DNA of 64,000 nucleotides from Antedon mediterranea (Eukaryota; Animalia; Echinodermata): positions 21,408,871 to 21,472,870 of the forward strand of contig NC_092676.1 in assembly GCF_964355755.1 (NCBI RefSeq). The letters are read 5' to 3'. The first letter of the stretch is position 1. Each line of letters begins with the position of its first letter. Positions 51,326-64,000 of this stretch are shown here, one piece after another. The position numbers and the translations under genes were made by a program. Under the pieces are notes generated by a model that did not search any database, was not told where the DNA came from, and saw nothing but the letters and a program-made list of their open reading frames with translations.

Positions 51326-53443
51326 GGCTACCCTACAGAATTGGGGGAAAGAGTTTTTTTTTTTCAAGGGAGATTTATTTATATGGGGTAATTGTCCTAG
51401 AGGTGTAGCAGTGTCCTAGGGAGAAATTGTCCTTGTGGGTAATTATCCGCTGGTAAGTTGTCAGATGCAATACCTTAGGTCTACGATCCGAAACGTAAAT
51501 GTACAGTAATTCAAAGTTGATAATAAAAAAAACATATCGAAAGGTTTTCAAAAAGCTAGGACAATTGGCATTAATTGTAATCATTAAATCAGGCCTGGTT
51601 GTAATTTGTTATCATTGAATACATTCTTGAGCAATTTAATATACAAATCGGTTTGTTGTAAAATGTTTTTAAACATTACCCTTTCCCATTTAAAATTTGT
51701 ATTTATATAACCCCTGGGAGGAAAACTAATAAACAACCTTGAGTTTCAGTAAGACAGAATTTCACATGTTGACTTTGGTATTGTTGTGCATGTTACTATA
51801 TTAACCCTTTCAGATTGAATTATCCATTTTGGGAAATATGAATAATTGGTTGAACACATTCTGAATCATAAAGCCTTGTATACGAAGATGCATCTCTGTG
51901 ATTGGAAAATAGAGTGGTGTACTGAAATAGGCCTACCTACAGCAATATGTAATCCAGACTACCCCCACTCTCCACGCATCTCGTCCACCCACCCACAACA
52001 TTCGAAAAATACAAGGCAAAAGAGAGAACAATAATAAACTTAAGCTCAGTAGGCCTACTTCATTTTAAACATTTTAGGCCATATTCCCCTTCAAAAGCAT
52101 CGACTTCCACCAAATCTCTCTCATTCGCCGTCTTCACAGTGGCTTTTGGTAGGCCTATTAAGTAGGTCATTATAAATAGAACTTTTCATCTTCTGTCGTG
52201 CTTTCTAGACGGGACGCACTATGTCTAATATATTTTAAGATAAGAAAAATCGACATTATTCAATTATATTCGTGGTCAAAATGACAACGATTGCCCGGAT
52301 AATACATGCTGAAATCGCACCTGAGAAATGATCTTGCCATCTCAAGAGACAAGTTATGTACAACCACAGCGACATACATCGTGACTAAATCGGTATTTTA
52401 AAGTCAAATCAATTCTATTTTTATTCCAGATAGTTTCTAATTTCCATTGTTTTAATTTAAACACAAGTGACCTACTGTTTAAACAAAATGTCCTCGGGAT
52501 TGATTACGAATATTTTCTTAGGCGCATCCACTTTTAGATTCACCCAGGAATCCATGTGCTATCCGATTTTCAGTGCTGTATTCGATATCACTTCTACCGT
52601 GCATTAGAACTAATACTGAACGCACGGTAAGAAGCAGTGCTTTTGTCTTGATAAACATTGCTTATAGAGTACTATAGTTTATATAACGTATATTAGGTTT
52701 AATGTAACGTGAACATCTTTTAATGATTAAGTTAATTCATTTGTGAATGATAATAGATAGCAAACAAAGTAACGTAAAAAAGATCACCAACTGATCACTG
52801 TCAGAATGAAGAATTGTTTATAATAAAGATAACGATACTAAGAAGATGAACGGCAGTCAATATCAATGTCCACTTCCTCTTAAGCGAGGAAGGAGGAAGG
52901 AATTACACATTATTTATGTTTACTGGTTTCAAAAGTCAAACAAAAAGATTTAAAGAGCACCAATATCTGTCATTATATCGGTCGTCTTTTGCAATATAAT
53001 AGTTAAAAATTGGATTTTGTATTCTCAAATAATAGGCTACAGTATGCCCCCGTGTCTCGATATTCTGTAAAAAAAAGTTCCGTATTGGGTTCTTCGGGTG
53101 TACTCGGTATAATCCGTGTGACGTGTACTAAATTACGTCCGTTTTTTTGCAGCAAATCTGTCTAATTATTATATTTAAATTATTATTATTACAATAACAA
53201 CCAAATTAAAAATAAATTGTAGGATTATAGATTCTTTGATATTAAAATGTTTCTAACGATTTTTTGCTAAAATTTTAAAATCCGCAGCTTAGGGGCCTAT
53301 TCATTGTAAATACGAAATAGTATTAATATAGGCCTAGGCCTTGTGTTTATACTTTCTTTTGTAATCTGGCATATATGCCTAGGCTCTAGCACCTACCTAC
53401 CTATTAAGAATAGTTGCACGCATATTCATTCCCAGTTAGTACG

Positions 53444-54498
53444 CAGGGCCGTAGCCAGGATTTGTCAAGGGGGGGCGGGGGGGGGGGGGTTCGGACACTA
53501 AGTACGGACACTAAGTATTTGGGTCAACCCCCCCCCCCCCTGGGGTGGGGCCTGAGGCGAAGCGAATTTTGTTAAATGACACCCCTAGATGGCCGGAAAA
53601 GACACTCTCATGCAGCATGCTACCAATGAGCAAAACGATCGTACTTGGACTCGTGGACTATAAACGGTAACATTTGTTGCCGTATGTTAGATGCGCGTGC
53701 TCTGTGCGGCACCGCCAATTGTTTGATCATTTACTCGATATTTTGTTTTGCGTTCAAGTTCAATGCGAACGTACGTCTAGGAGAAGCCCCTAAAAAAGCA
53801 CACTGGGTGAAGGCAAATGCAATTCTTATTATAGCTCTATCTATAATATTTATTTACAGCAATTTGTTGAGGAAATTAATTATGCCAATGTAAATAGGTG
53901 ATATTGATACATTTGAGTACGTATCGGCTGGTGGTCTAGAAAAAAATAATCGGATGCCATAATGTGAACTACAGTACATGATACCATAGATAATTATTAT
54001 AGTGTAAAATATTAATATTCACTATAATCCTCTATGATACATTACACTTCATAGCCACACATAAATACTGATGTATGTCGGAAGGCTATATACTTTATGC
54101 ATGCTGCCTGACTGCCAGTGATCTAAACAATTATAGGTACGCAGTTGTCTGGCGGTGTCCTTTGTACGAATCGTTGGTGCCCCAGCTCGTTGTGAGACGC
54201 GTCAATATCATGTTACATGCAGGGACCAAATATTTATTTTTTAGGTTAAAATCGGCAATTCATTTACAGACACGTATCGCTCGAAGTACGCTCATACAGG
54301 GAAGAAGGTACTGTATGAGTTATTTCGAACGAGTTTCCGAATTTTTCAATTTACGAACAACTTTTTGTACTGTGGGGCACGTATTTGGACGATTTTCGGA
54401 GATGAGGGTGAGGTATTGGGCATGTCGGGGATGGGGGTTCGCAGTCGGTTAAGGGGGGTTCGCCCGAACCATAAAAACCCCCTCTGGCTACGGGCCTG
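53444..54498. mobile_element. Non-autonomous DNA transposon (CAGGG-type TIR) with an apparent 5-bp TSD GTACG
   Basis: CAGGGCCGTAGCCAG ... CTGGCTACGGGCCTG; GTACG at 53439-53443 and 54499-54503; G/C runs inside both ends. Confidence 0.75.
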
Positions 54499-54554
54499 GT
54501 ACGGTAGGTTATAGGCCTAGGCTAGGCCTAGAGGTTAGGTCCACGGAGCCTAGT

Positions 54555-54960
54555 TAGAGGGCTAGCCTCCTTGGGCCTACCTATCTAGGCCGTGGATGTG
54601 CCAGTAGGCCTAACACAATGCCGCATCCCACCCACACGTGTGTGCTTACTGTTGTGCATAGCCTGATCTGTGAGCTGGAATTGCCATATGGGATGGTGGT
54701 GGTCAGCAAGTAGATTTAATGAATTTATTATTCTACTAAAAATAGATTCTCAGTTAGTAGGTTTAGGTCTAGGCCTATGAGGAGTGCTAGCCTCCTTGGG
54801 GGCCTACTACTACTAGGCCGGCCGTGGATGTGTCAGTTTACCCACACTGCCGCATCAGCGTGCATCCGTTGTGTCTGGCCTAATAATAATGCAAGCTGGC
54901 TGGTGGGATGGTGGTGGCCAGCAGGCAGATTTAATTAAATTATTATTCTACTAAAAATAA
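54555..54960. repeat. Imperfect ~225-bp tandem duplication
   Basis: GCTAGCCTCCTTGGG..GGCCGTGGATGTG..GGGATGGTGGTGG..AGATTTAAT..TTATTATTCTACTAAAAATA occurs twice. Confidence 0.75.
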
Positions 54961-57099
54961 ATTAAAAACATAAAAAACAAACCTTAATGTTTTTTTCAAA
55001 CTTTTAAGATTCCGTGCATTCAAAATTTCGGACAAATACATCATTCTAGCCTACAAGAGGATAGGCACAGTCTAGGCCTAGGCCTAGGCCTAGTTAGGCT
55101 CCTTGATGTGCAAAAAGAGCGCAAACTATTTTGGTCGTTCGTCTGGCGCGCGACACGAATTTGGGTACGTCACTAATAGGCTGACCAATTAGAGAACGAA
55201 TGCGAAGTTATTTCACCAGATTTTTTGTTACATACATGGTTAGACGGAATTTAGAATCATAAATATCAATATTTAACCAAGGATGTTGTTCTTGCAAGGA
55301 TAGTGTTAAATGTACTAGGTATTCTCTCATTCTTGTTTGTCATTTATGTTCATTCTTTTAATTTTACACTTTTTGTCTCATTACTCATTGTATTTTATTA
55401 TAGTTACTCTTTTTCTTACTTATAGACCGAAGTTTATAACCAATTTTAATAACATATAAGAAAAAAGATTAAGATTAAGCCTTACAGTCCCGTGAAACTG
55501 TATTAAAGACGTTTCCGTGGAACGTCTAAAAATGTAAATGTGTTTTTGACTTTCTTTCTGAAATGTAAAATTTCCAAATACGTCGTTTTCTCAAACGTGT
55601 CCTCTTTATTATCTCTCTATGGCGTCGTAATTTTATTTTCTGGTTATTTTAGCAAACTCATCATAACAAACAAGATCAAACATTTCAATTGGAGATCGAT
55701 CAAACTTCCACATCACATTCTTTTCTCCAATTGTTAGCAATAAAGAAAAACACACTGACAGTGTAGGCTGATTTATTTAGACTTTATAGGGATGTTTGTC
55801 ATTAGTTTATACCTGGCCGGAAAATGAATATTCCCGATGCCAAAGGTTGTAGATTCACAATCATTCAAAAATCTTTGGCCTAGGCAACGTATTCTCAGCC
55901 ATTTCATTATTTATAAACACATCGCTCCAATTACTGTGATTCTGGTTAACCAATTATTAATTGTTGAGACATATCATTATGGTGTCTCTACTATCAACGT
56001 TCATCTCCCCACTACGCACACCCACCACCATCCCAACATCCTGGATAAACTTGGAATACTGTGGGATTACTGTAGGTACATGACGATAACACTGGATCAT
56101 GCATCTTACGTAAATAAACCTTACCGCACTTACAGATCATCAAGTCAAGTTTGTAGTAAAACGCATCGCTTATAAAGGGCTAATGAAACGTAGGCCTATT
56201 TCTAAAGATATTGCCTGGGGGATCACTGTTTGAATATCGATAACCCTAGTTTGAAAGGATACGTGTTCGATTATTGAATCGCCGGATAATAGACGTGGCT
56301 ATCCAATGTCCAATACATGGTACTTAGGTAATATAAGTTAATTCCGGGATTGTTGACCTAATTATGATGGAATATTAGATGAATCTGTCATAATTCCTTG
56401 ATTTGTGATGATCTAATTCATTGGATGGGGGAATAGTGAATGTGATTTACATGTTTTTTACACGCCATTTTTTCACTGGGAGTTAAAATGCATTATATCA
56501 GAGTTATAGCCTTTACACTGCGTTTATACCTTATTAAAATATTCTTCCTTTAAACGAAAAATATTAATACAAGTTAAACATCCGATATACCCCGGATAGG
56601 AAGCGCTTGCTACATTTTGGAGTTTAGTGGAGTTAAAGTTACATTGGTTGTAGACCTACCACTATGTAAGGTGTATGGAATTATTAATGGGAACGACACG
56701 GTTATAAATAAACAGTACGTTATCTATGGTAGTTGAATTCGTTTTTCATTAACAAAATGGGTACGCCTATTTAACAAATTTGCATTAATTAGATTATTTA
56801 TTTAGGGCCTATGCCTTACAAATGAACATATTGTATATGTATGACATTATAAATGCCGTCAAAAACCACAGACTTCCCACTCGTGATGTTTATAGGACAG
56901 ATCCATATTCAATTCAATATGTTAGAAAGCAAATAAACACATAGTATAACAACTTTAAATCGACACTATTATTCACATTTAATGTCTAAAAATCAAATAT
57001 TTAACATTCATTTTTCGCCATAGAAAACAATGTGACACGCGATATTCCTTTTACAGACATAAACTTTAGAAGGAGGTCAAAGGGCGTGATCCTCAAGCT

Positions 57100-57210
57100 A
57101 TAGAACCCACGGAGATTGGCATATAAAGCGTGATCTCTGATTGGTTGAAAGCTGTAAATGTCCACATAATCCTATCGTGCTGTTTCGCGACGATCATGTT
57201 ATAAACTTTC
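57100..57210 (+). promoter_or_regulatory. Candidate sFRP core promoter
   Basis: Two ATTGG boxes (~57115, ~57140) and TATAAA-like elements (~57122, ~57200), about 500 bp upstream of the ATG. Confidence 0.35.
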
Positions 57211-57695
57211 TACAATTGATTGCTGTCTTCATAAACCTCAATAGTATCGTCTAGTTGGGGCATACTTTATTCACCGGTTTAACCAAAGAGTAGTAACATA
57301 CGCAGTTTTAGTCCGGTTTATATTGATTTTTGCAAGGCCTGAAGGACGTTTGCTAACTAGCTACTAAAGCCGCGGAGTTGATGACTGGTCACCGTTGGAA
57401 CTCTTATTAAGTAATGATAAACACTCTGTTGCAGTGTGCTAAATGAAGATTATTTTGCTTGATTGACGGATGATTCAAGCGAATTGATTGGCGTAGCCAT
57501 AACTGTCTGTTTGACATTTCTCTTTTGCTGTTTATCCGTCAGTACAGCAAGAACTGAAGACGGTGAACCAGTATTCTCTCACAAACCGTTGATTGAAACA
57601 ACTACTGTGGACAATACTGATCAATTGCAGCAATTGTAACTTTGATGGTGGCATTGGTGGGGATATTTCCACAAGTTTACTAACAATCAATAATT

Positions 57696-58191
57696 ATGGA
57701 TTCTCACGTTGTTATGATACTACTAGGGTTACTTAATGCTCTCCATCTCGGCTCAGGTGGTTCTATGCAAGCCATGGAGGGTCGTTACTCAAAGCCGACA
57801 TGCGTGAACATTCCTCGACAGTTAAGTCTTTGCCAGGACATAGGCTATAGTAAAATGAGAATGCCTAATTTATTGGATCACGAAACCTTCAGAGAAGTTC
57901 AAACTCAATCTTTAACATGGATGCCGCTTGTGGGAACGTCTTGTCACGAAGATGTCAAGCTCTTTCTGTGTTCGCTATTTACCCCCGTGTGTTTGGATAG
58001 GCCTATATACCCGTGTCGTTCGTTTTGCGAGGAGGTAAAACGGAGTTGTGAGCCTGTTATGGCTCAATATTGCTTCCCATGGCCGGACATGCTGAGATGT
58101 GATAACTATCCCGAAGATAACAACCTGTGTATAACTGCTCAGATGGGGAACACAAATTATACTAATAACACGGCCGCCGTTTCAAATACCG
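57696..58191 (+). CDS. SFRP1/2/5: Secreted frizzled-related protein (sFRP1/2/5 class), exon 1: signal peptide + Frizzled CRD; remaining exons not found in window
   Basis: Hydrophobic signal peptide; CVNIP..L.LC..IGY.KMRMPNLLDHET..W.PL...CH....FLCSLF.PVCLDRPIYPCR..C..V...C.PVM....FPWP.ML.C; donor G|GTAAGT at 58191/58192. Confidence 0.93.
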
Positions 58192-59081
58192 GTAAGTAAA
58201 ACATTATTAATCCCATGTATTCATTGACAGAACATCGTTCTATAGACCAGTTAAGTGTTAAACAGTTTGGACAGTCTCTTTGACCCCGTAATACAATAGA
58301 TGAAAGGGAAAGGGTGAGGGTGTATTGTAGAGGAAAACATTTTGTATGCCTATTTTCTTTACATGGCAAAGCTCATTTCTCTCTAATGCATGTGACGCAC
58401 TAGGACGCAACGCGATGACGTAAACGTAACACAAAGATTGTGGAGCGTTGGAATGATAATTTCCGCGTTCAAATAATATTGATGAAATTAGTCGAATTGT
58501 GTACGCGAGCATGCAATACGTTTTACCTCGCACTCGCATATTAATCATTTCATAGTACTTTAATGCATAAATCATCATCTCGTAATATACATGGTTACGA
58601 GATTATTGTGAGATAAGAGACTAACGCATGCGCGAAGCAGTGAGAATGTGCTAAAAAATTTAAGAAAAATTGTACACGAAATTTTAACTATTATAATTGA
58701 TGCCCACTTTGTTGCCAAGTAGGGCCTATCTATAAGAGAATCATATCTTTTTTAAACATTTAACTAATTATGAAATGTGTTGTCAATTAAATCTTCAACT
58801 ACAACATAATTAATAACTACATTCACAGGAAATAAGGATTCGAGCACGTGGAAAACCAATAAGCGAGTGCTGAGATTTACCATCAATTAAATTTATTATG
58901 AATGATGGCACGCATGCTTCTCTTCAGTCGAGTAGTTTCATAGTTCAACAACTACAACTACACGTTTATATAAGAAATTATAAAATAATAGGCCTATCAA
59001 GCAAGTATTCTTTTTATTTACTAGATTATTTAATTATATTTCCTCTCTGAAGATTTCATTCAAATCCTGGTAAAAGTGAAA

Positions 59082-59812
59082 GTTATTTCAATGTTATGTC
59101 TTTAGATTCATCAATTACCGTATCAATTTATAGTTTTTATGGTAGCTACAATCTTTGTTCCTTTTGATATAAAACGTATATAAATGTAGGCCTGACTTGT
59201 GTATATATTATTAGCAAACTTATTGTCGAGCACGTCTCTCAGAACTCATTTTATAGCAAATGTCATTAGTCCTATCTATGACAAGCAAAGGAAAGCAGTC
59301 TTTTCCACTTTAGGGGGAAACCTTGAGTGTTGCGGACCTAAGCCCGTGACCCCGGAATAAACTTTTAAATAGCTGTCGGTATGAAGTTTGCGAAGATTAG
59401 TCATCCGTCAATGCCAATTAGTAGATTATCTTTAATATTTATTTACGAGTACATAATTAAAGATCGACGATTGAAAAGCTGGCTACTCGCTCATTTTATT
59501 ATGATTGTTGGTATTTTTATTGTTTTATATTTGGTTTGTCAAATAGGAAAGAAATACATTTTGATTTTTAATGGTTTCGTATTTATAGGCCTACAGGCTA
59601 CAACAGTACAGCAGTTATTTCAATGTTATGTCCTTAGATTCATCAATTACCGTATCAATTTATAGTTTTATGGTAGCTAATAATCTTTGTTCCTTTTGAT
59701 ATAAAACGTATATATAGTTTATTCCGGGGTCACGGACTTAGGTCCGCAACACTCAAGGTTGCCCCCTAAACTGGAAAGGAACTGCTTTCCTTTGCCTGTC
59801 ATAGGACTAATG
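59082..59812. repeat. Interleaved direct (~100 bp: 59082/59615) and inverted (~97 bp: 59265-59363 vs 59716-59812) duplications
   Basis: Read directly from the sequence. Confidence 0.85.
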
Positions 59813-61364
59813 AAATGGTTGGTATTAAACCAAGTCGCTTTTTAATGCATCGTAAATACTGGCTCACTCAGTCGGTGCAAAGGGCATGTAGCGTCTTGTG
59901 ATGATTTGTTTGAGGTTCTGGTTCTGTTGCAATGCAAGTTTACTGTGTCAATACTTCATCCAACCTACTCACGGGCTCTCTACCATTTCTTAAATTCTTA
60001 AATGATTTTTTCACGGACCATCTTAAAAAATGTAACCGTATTACATAATGAAAACATTCTTGGTCTTCTCTTTCTAAAACGTCCTTTAAATCCTAAATAC
60101 TTCAAACGAAATATCTAAGCGTATAACCAACCCACGACCACCTTCATGCTAATTAGCTACGTTCCTACACTTGTTTTTAACTCCCCTTTCCCTCTCCATT
60201 ATTTTAATTGCTTACAATAACTCAAATGCATGTCTTTTCAATCCAGAATGGCGTTGTTTGATTGTCTCTGACTCACCAATAGCAACCACTAACCCACTTG
60301 TCAGTATGGCATAAACCGCCTACATTAAACATTTATGGACAATGCTAAATGAGTTTGATAGTAGCGTCAAGGGGGAATATGTTGTCCCTTGAGACACAGA
60401 TTCACTCACTTACCATGAACCCTTCTAGAATCCACGTGTTCAGATCATCCGTTTTGTGTCCGTCATTGAATTGCGTTCTGTAGAATGTTTGTGAATGTTT
60501 TTTTCTTCCATTATGCTGTACGTGCGACAATCGTCAATTGCGTTGACTGTCTCAATACTTATTCACTTGTACAATTTGTTTAACAGTCCTCCTTTGGGAC
60601 ACCCCTATTTAGGCAGGTACACCATTTCCAGTGGACACTTTGCTGTGAAACATAGGCCTATAATTATAGGCTTATGTTTATTAGGAAACAATATGTTAAC
60701 ACGGTCAATTCTGTATTCAAAGAAACCTTTATCAGAGATTGAGTTTTTCGAAGGTGTCCCATTAATTAAGATTCTACTGAAAATGGTGGAATATAATATA
60801 AACTCATTGTGAATAAACTCAAGCTATGTCTGTAATGACGTCACATTTTCTCGCTGGGTGAAACATACATTTATATTGAAAATGATTATGTACAGATATT
60901 ACCATCAACTGTGTACCCACAAAAATAAAACATACCACCATAGTGGTAAATCATACAAACGTATTGCGTGTATGGTGTCTTTTTAAAACATTATAAATAT
61001 ATAATGCTTGTACTGTATATACTTTTTGTACTCTACTTACCATACCGAAACATGTGTGTTTCTGTATAGTTTAGTTCAAATGGTTAAGCTACCAATCCAT
61101 ATACCTGTATCTATAATGCTTAGAATCAAAATCTTTCGGACTTACCTTTGCAAAATAAACAGCTTTTGTTGGATTTACAAAATTCACATCAAAGCAAAAC
61201 AATAATCCATTGATTACGATTGTATTGGCATTTTTTGAACATGAATGATATATCTGTGATTAGAGTTAGAATTGTTGGATTTCTTTTCTTGCAACAACAA
61301 GAGGAAATCAAGTGTCTTTACTGTGGTGATCTATTTTGCCCTATGTGAATTAACTGACGAAGAT

Positions 61365-61735
61365 ATTGGTGATGTTGATTATGGTGATGATGAGGATGGT
61401 AATTATGATGATAATGATTTATGCTAATGAGTATGATACGGATTTTGATGATGATGGTAACGAAGGTGATGGAGATATTATAATGATGGGGATGATGAAT
61501 GATGATAATGATGATGATGAAGGTGAATGATTGATGATGGCAGATGATGATGATGTTGATAATGAAGATGGTGATGATAATGATAATGATAATGAAGTTG
61601 GTGATGATAATGATGATGATAATGAGGATTGTGATGATAATGAAGATGGTGATGATATTGTTTATGATTATGAGGATAATGATGATGATAATTAGGATGG
61701 TGATAATGATGATGATTGTCAATGATCATCAAGAT
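61365..61735. repeat. Degenerate (GAT/AAT)n trinucleotide microsatellite
   Basis: Produces poly-I, poly-H and poly-M spurious ORFs. Confidence 0.92.
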
Positions 61736-64000
61736 ATTTTCGTTATTTTTGTTGTAGTCATTACAATCAAAATCACAATTAATATCACTCACTCATTTGA
61801 TAAATAACTTGCTTTTGTTGTTATTAAATATACGTTCTAATTTTCTATGTCATTGTACTGATACAGGTGCACCATATTGAAGTAGTTTTTACTGACATTG
61901 TCCAGACGTACCGTCATCTCTTGTTCCGGATATACATGTTCGTTCTTCCTTCCCTTCCTCTCATCACCTTCTATTGGATCTCTTTAATCGAATCTTTAGA
62001 GTATGACAACATCATCGAACTAACAATTGGTTCATTTTTTCCCTTTCAAATTCTACTGATTTTTGCTCGAACAAACAATCCAGATGAAAAAATAAAAACA
62101 AAAATGAGCACTACATTACGTTTGAAGAAAAATGTTTTTCTATAGAAGAGACACGTCAATCACACGTCGTATGTTTCAATTAAATTTCAATTCAACAAAC
62201 ATTTATTTCATCAAATGCCATACAAATAATACAAAGCATAAAATGAGGACCAACCTAGAAGTAAAACTTGTCTCAGTTAGCCTTTTAGCATAGGTACAAA
62301 AAAATAATATGAACAAGTAAGAATATGAAGCATCAGTAACAGTATATAAGTGTTTGTATATTTGATTAAAGTTTGTCTTATATTATTTCAATGTTGTAAC
62401 GCACATGACGATCTCAACCCCCCCCCCCTCCCCCAACCACCCACCCAACCCCTTCCTAAAACAGTTGTTTTAGTTATATTTGTTATGGTATTTATAACTA
62501 TTGTGACCGGCATTCGACGACATGTTAATCTAATGGGCATTAGGCCTAACATACCTTGAGCAAACCCAGTTATAAATCGTTATTATCAAAAGTATTAAAT
62601 TTATTATGACATCATATTGTTTGAAGTTATAATAAATTCCACAGTAAACTTATATGTTGACGTTTTGAAACAGAAGCCAAATAACTGAGTAAATGCACAT
62701 TGTTGCCAATAACAAAAATAGTTTGGATTACCATTACATTTGTATCAGTTTCCCTATACTACCTTGCCACAAGGCTCCGAATTCTTCAGTGAAATCTACC
62801 GCCCGGTTAGATAACTATCTCAGGCAGGCTTTCCTATGGACACATAATATTAACAAAGACATCAAAAGTCATCGATGGGCCTTACTATTTTTTTATGGGA
62901 AACCTATACAATCGTACATATAATAACCTGCAATAGGAGTGGGGCAATTAGTATTACTGTATTAGGCGACGCGACTAAGCTCTCAACGTGTTAGGAATTT
63001 AGCTCGTTGAGTCTAAAAGAAACTCATTCACCTTTAACACCACCTTAAAACTATTTCCATATTTGCTATGATAGATAATAATGTTATATTTTGTTGTTTA
63101 AAGAACGCATATTCCATTTAGACAAGATGAAATGTTTTGTTAGACCATGGGAGACATTTTATACGGTGTTTGATATCTAAATTGTGCCTCCAAGCTACGC
63201 CTGTATTATTGTCCCGATGGGAATGTAAAAAGCATTAACGAATGTTCTAATATGAGGTAAATTATGGGTATACTTCGACCTTATTCCAACCACGCCAAGC
63301 CGTGGTTCATAAAATAGAGTAATTATAATTATCGTGTGTAACATTATTTCATGAATATGCCTACCTCTTCATTTTCTGCTAATGCTTGCCTTAATATGAA
63401 TACTGTATTTTCTTCTCCAAAAGTAGGTATTTAAAAAAAATATCGAAATGCTCCTTTGGTCCTGCACGTCTAATAAACGTCTCAAGAGATTGGCTGCTTG
63501 TTCCTCGATACTTGGGAGACATTCTAACAACTCTAACAATAATCTGAACCAGACCGTTAGGAATCAACACCAACAACCGAGTGAATGATTATTTTAGCTT
63601 TTTATGCACATTCTGTTGACTAGCCTACTTCTCCCTATAAACATAACCTGCTGAAATTTAGACTTTATGTAGCCCTATAAAGCCGATTTCAGACAAACAT
63701 AGGCACTGTCCAAATAGGGAAAGGTGCATGACTGTGCAAAATATTGTGAATATCTTCAAGCTTGAGATATACCTTGACAATCCAAATGTAGCTGAGCAAA
63801 TTATGAGTAACATAACGCCCTTTTTTTTTATTAGTTAAATGCAGTGAATCGAAATACCTTGCGTTCACAATAACGAATATATACGAATGGTATAACATAA
63901 CATCGGATGTACATCCGAAACATATCCTAGTTTATAGGAGCAGTACAGCGGAGTTTTTTTTTTGGAGTTATCGACATGAAGTAATAAAGAGATTTAATCC

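Noticed and set aside
54075-54452. 125-aa ORF inside the DNA element
   Set aside because: No recognisable transposase or other motif.
61318-61807. Poly-Ile, poly-His and poly-Met ORFs
   Set aside because: Translations of a degenerate GAT microsatellite.
58192-64000. Downstream sFRP (NTR domain) exons
   Set aside because: I saw no Cys-patterned NTR exon with splice sites; they presumably lie beyond the window.

Overview
AT-rich, intron-rich animal genomic DNA, probably a marine invertebrate deuterostome such as an echinoderm (inferred from gene content and repeat style). The minus strand from 35389 down past position 1 holds the 5' ~3,600 codons of an RNF213/mysterin-like giant AAA+ ATPase/E3 ligase. 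I resolved 52 coding exons with GT-AG ends and continuous phase; the E3 module lies beyond the left edge. On the plus strand follow: a decayed ubiquitin-like (UBL) + ADP-ribosyltransferase-fold (ART) pseudogene lying head-to-head with RNF213 (~39.1-39.9 kb), a divergent SLC17/sialin-like transporter (42.1-46.3 kb), an intact UBL-ART gene with one coding exon (48189-49184), and exon 1 of an sFRP1/2/5 gene (57696-58191). Introns and spacers carry a non-autonomous Helitron, a solo LTR, MITEs, LINE 3' fragments, tRNA-derived SINE heads and tandem repeats. The most interesting signal is a possible innate-immune ubiquitin/ADP-ribose cluster. RNF213 carries two N-terminal Cx4Cx11Cx2C (A20-spaced) fingers and a UBA-like insert. 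It sits beside duplicated UBL-ART genes, each with a perfect kappaB decamer upstream. Coordinates were read by eye; functional claims are inference.
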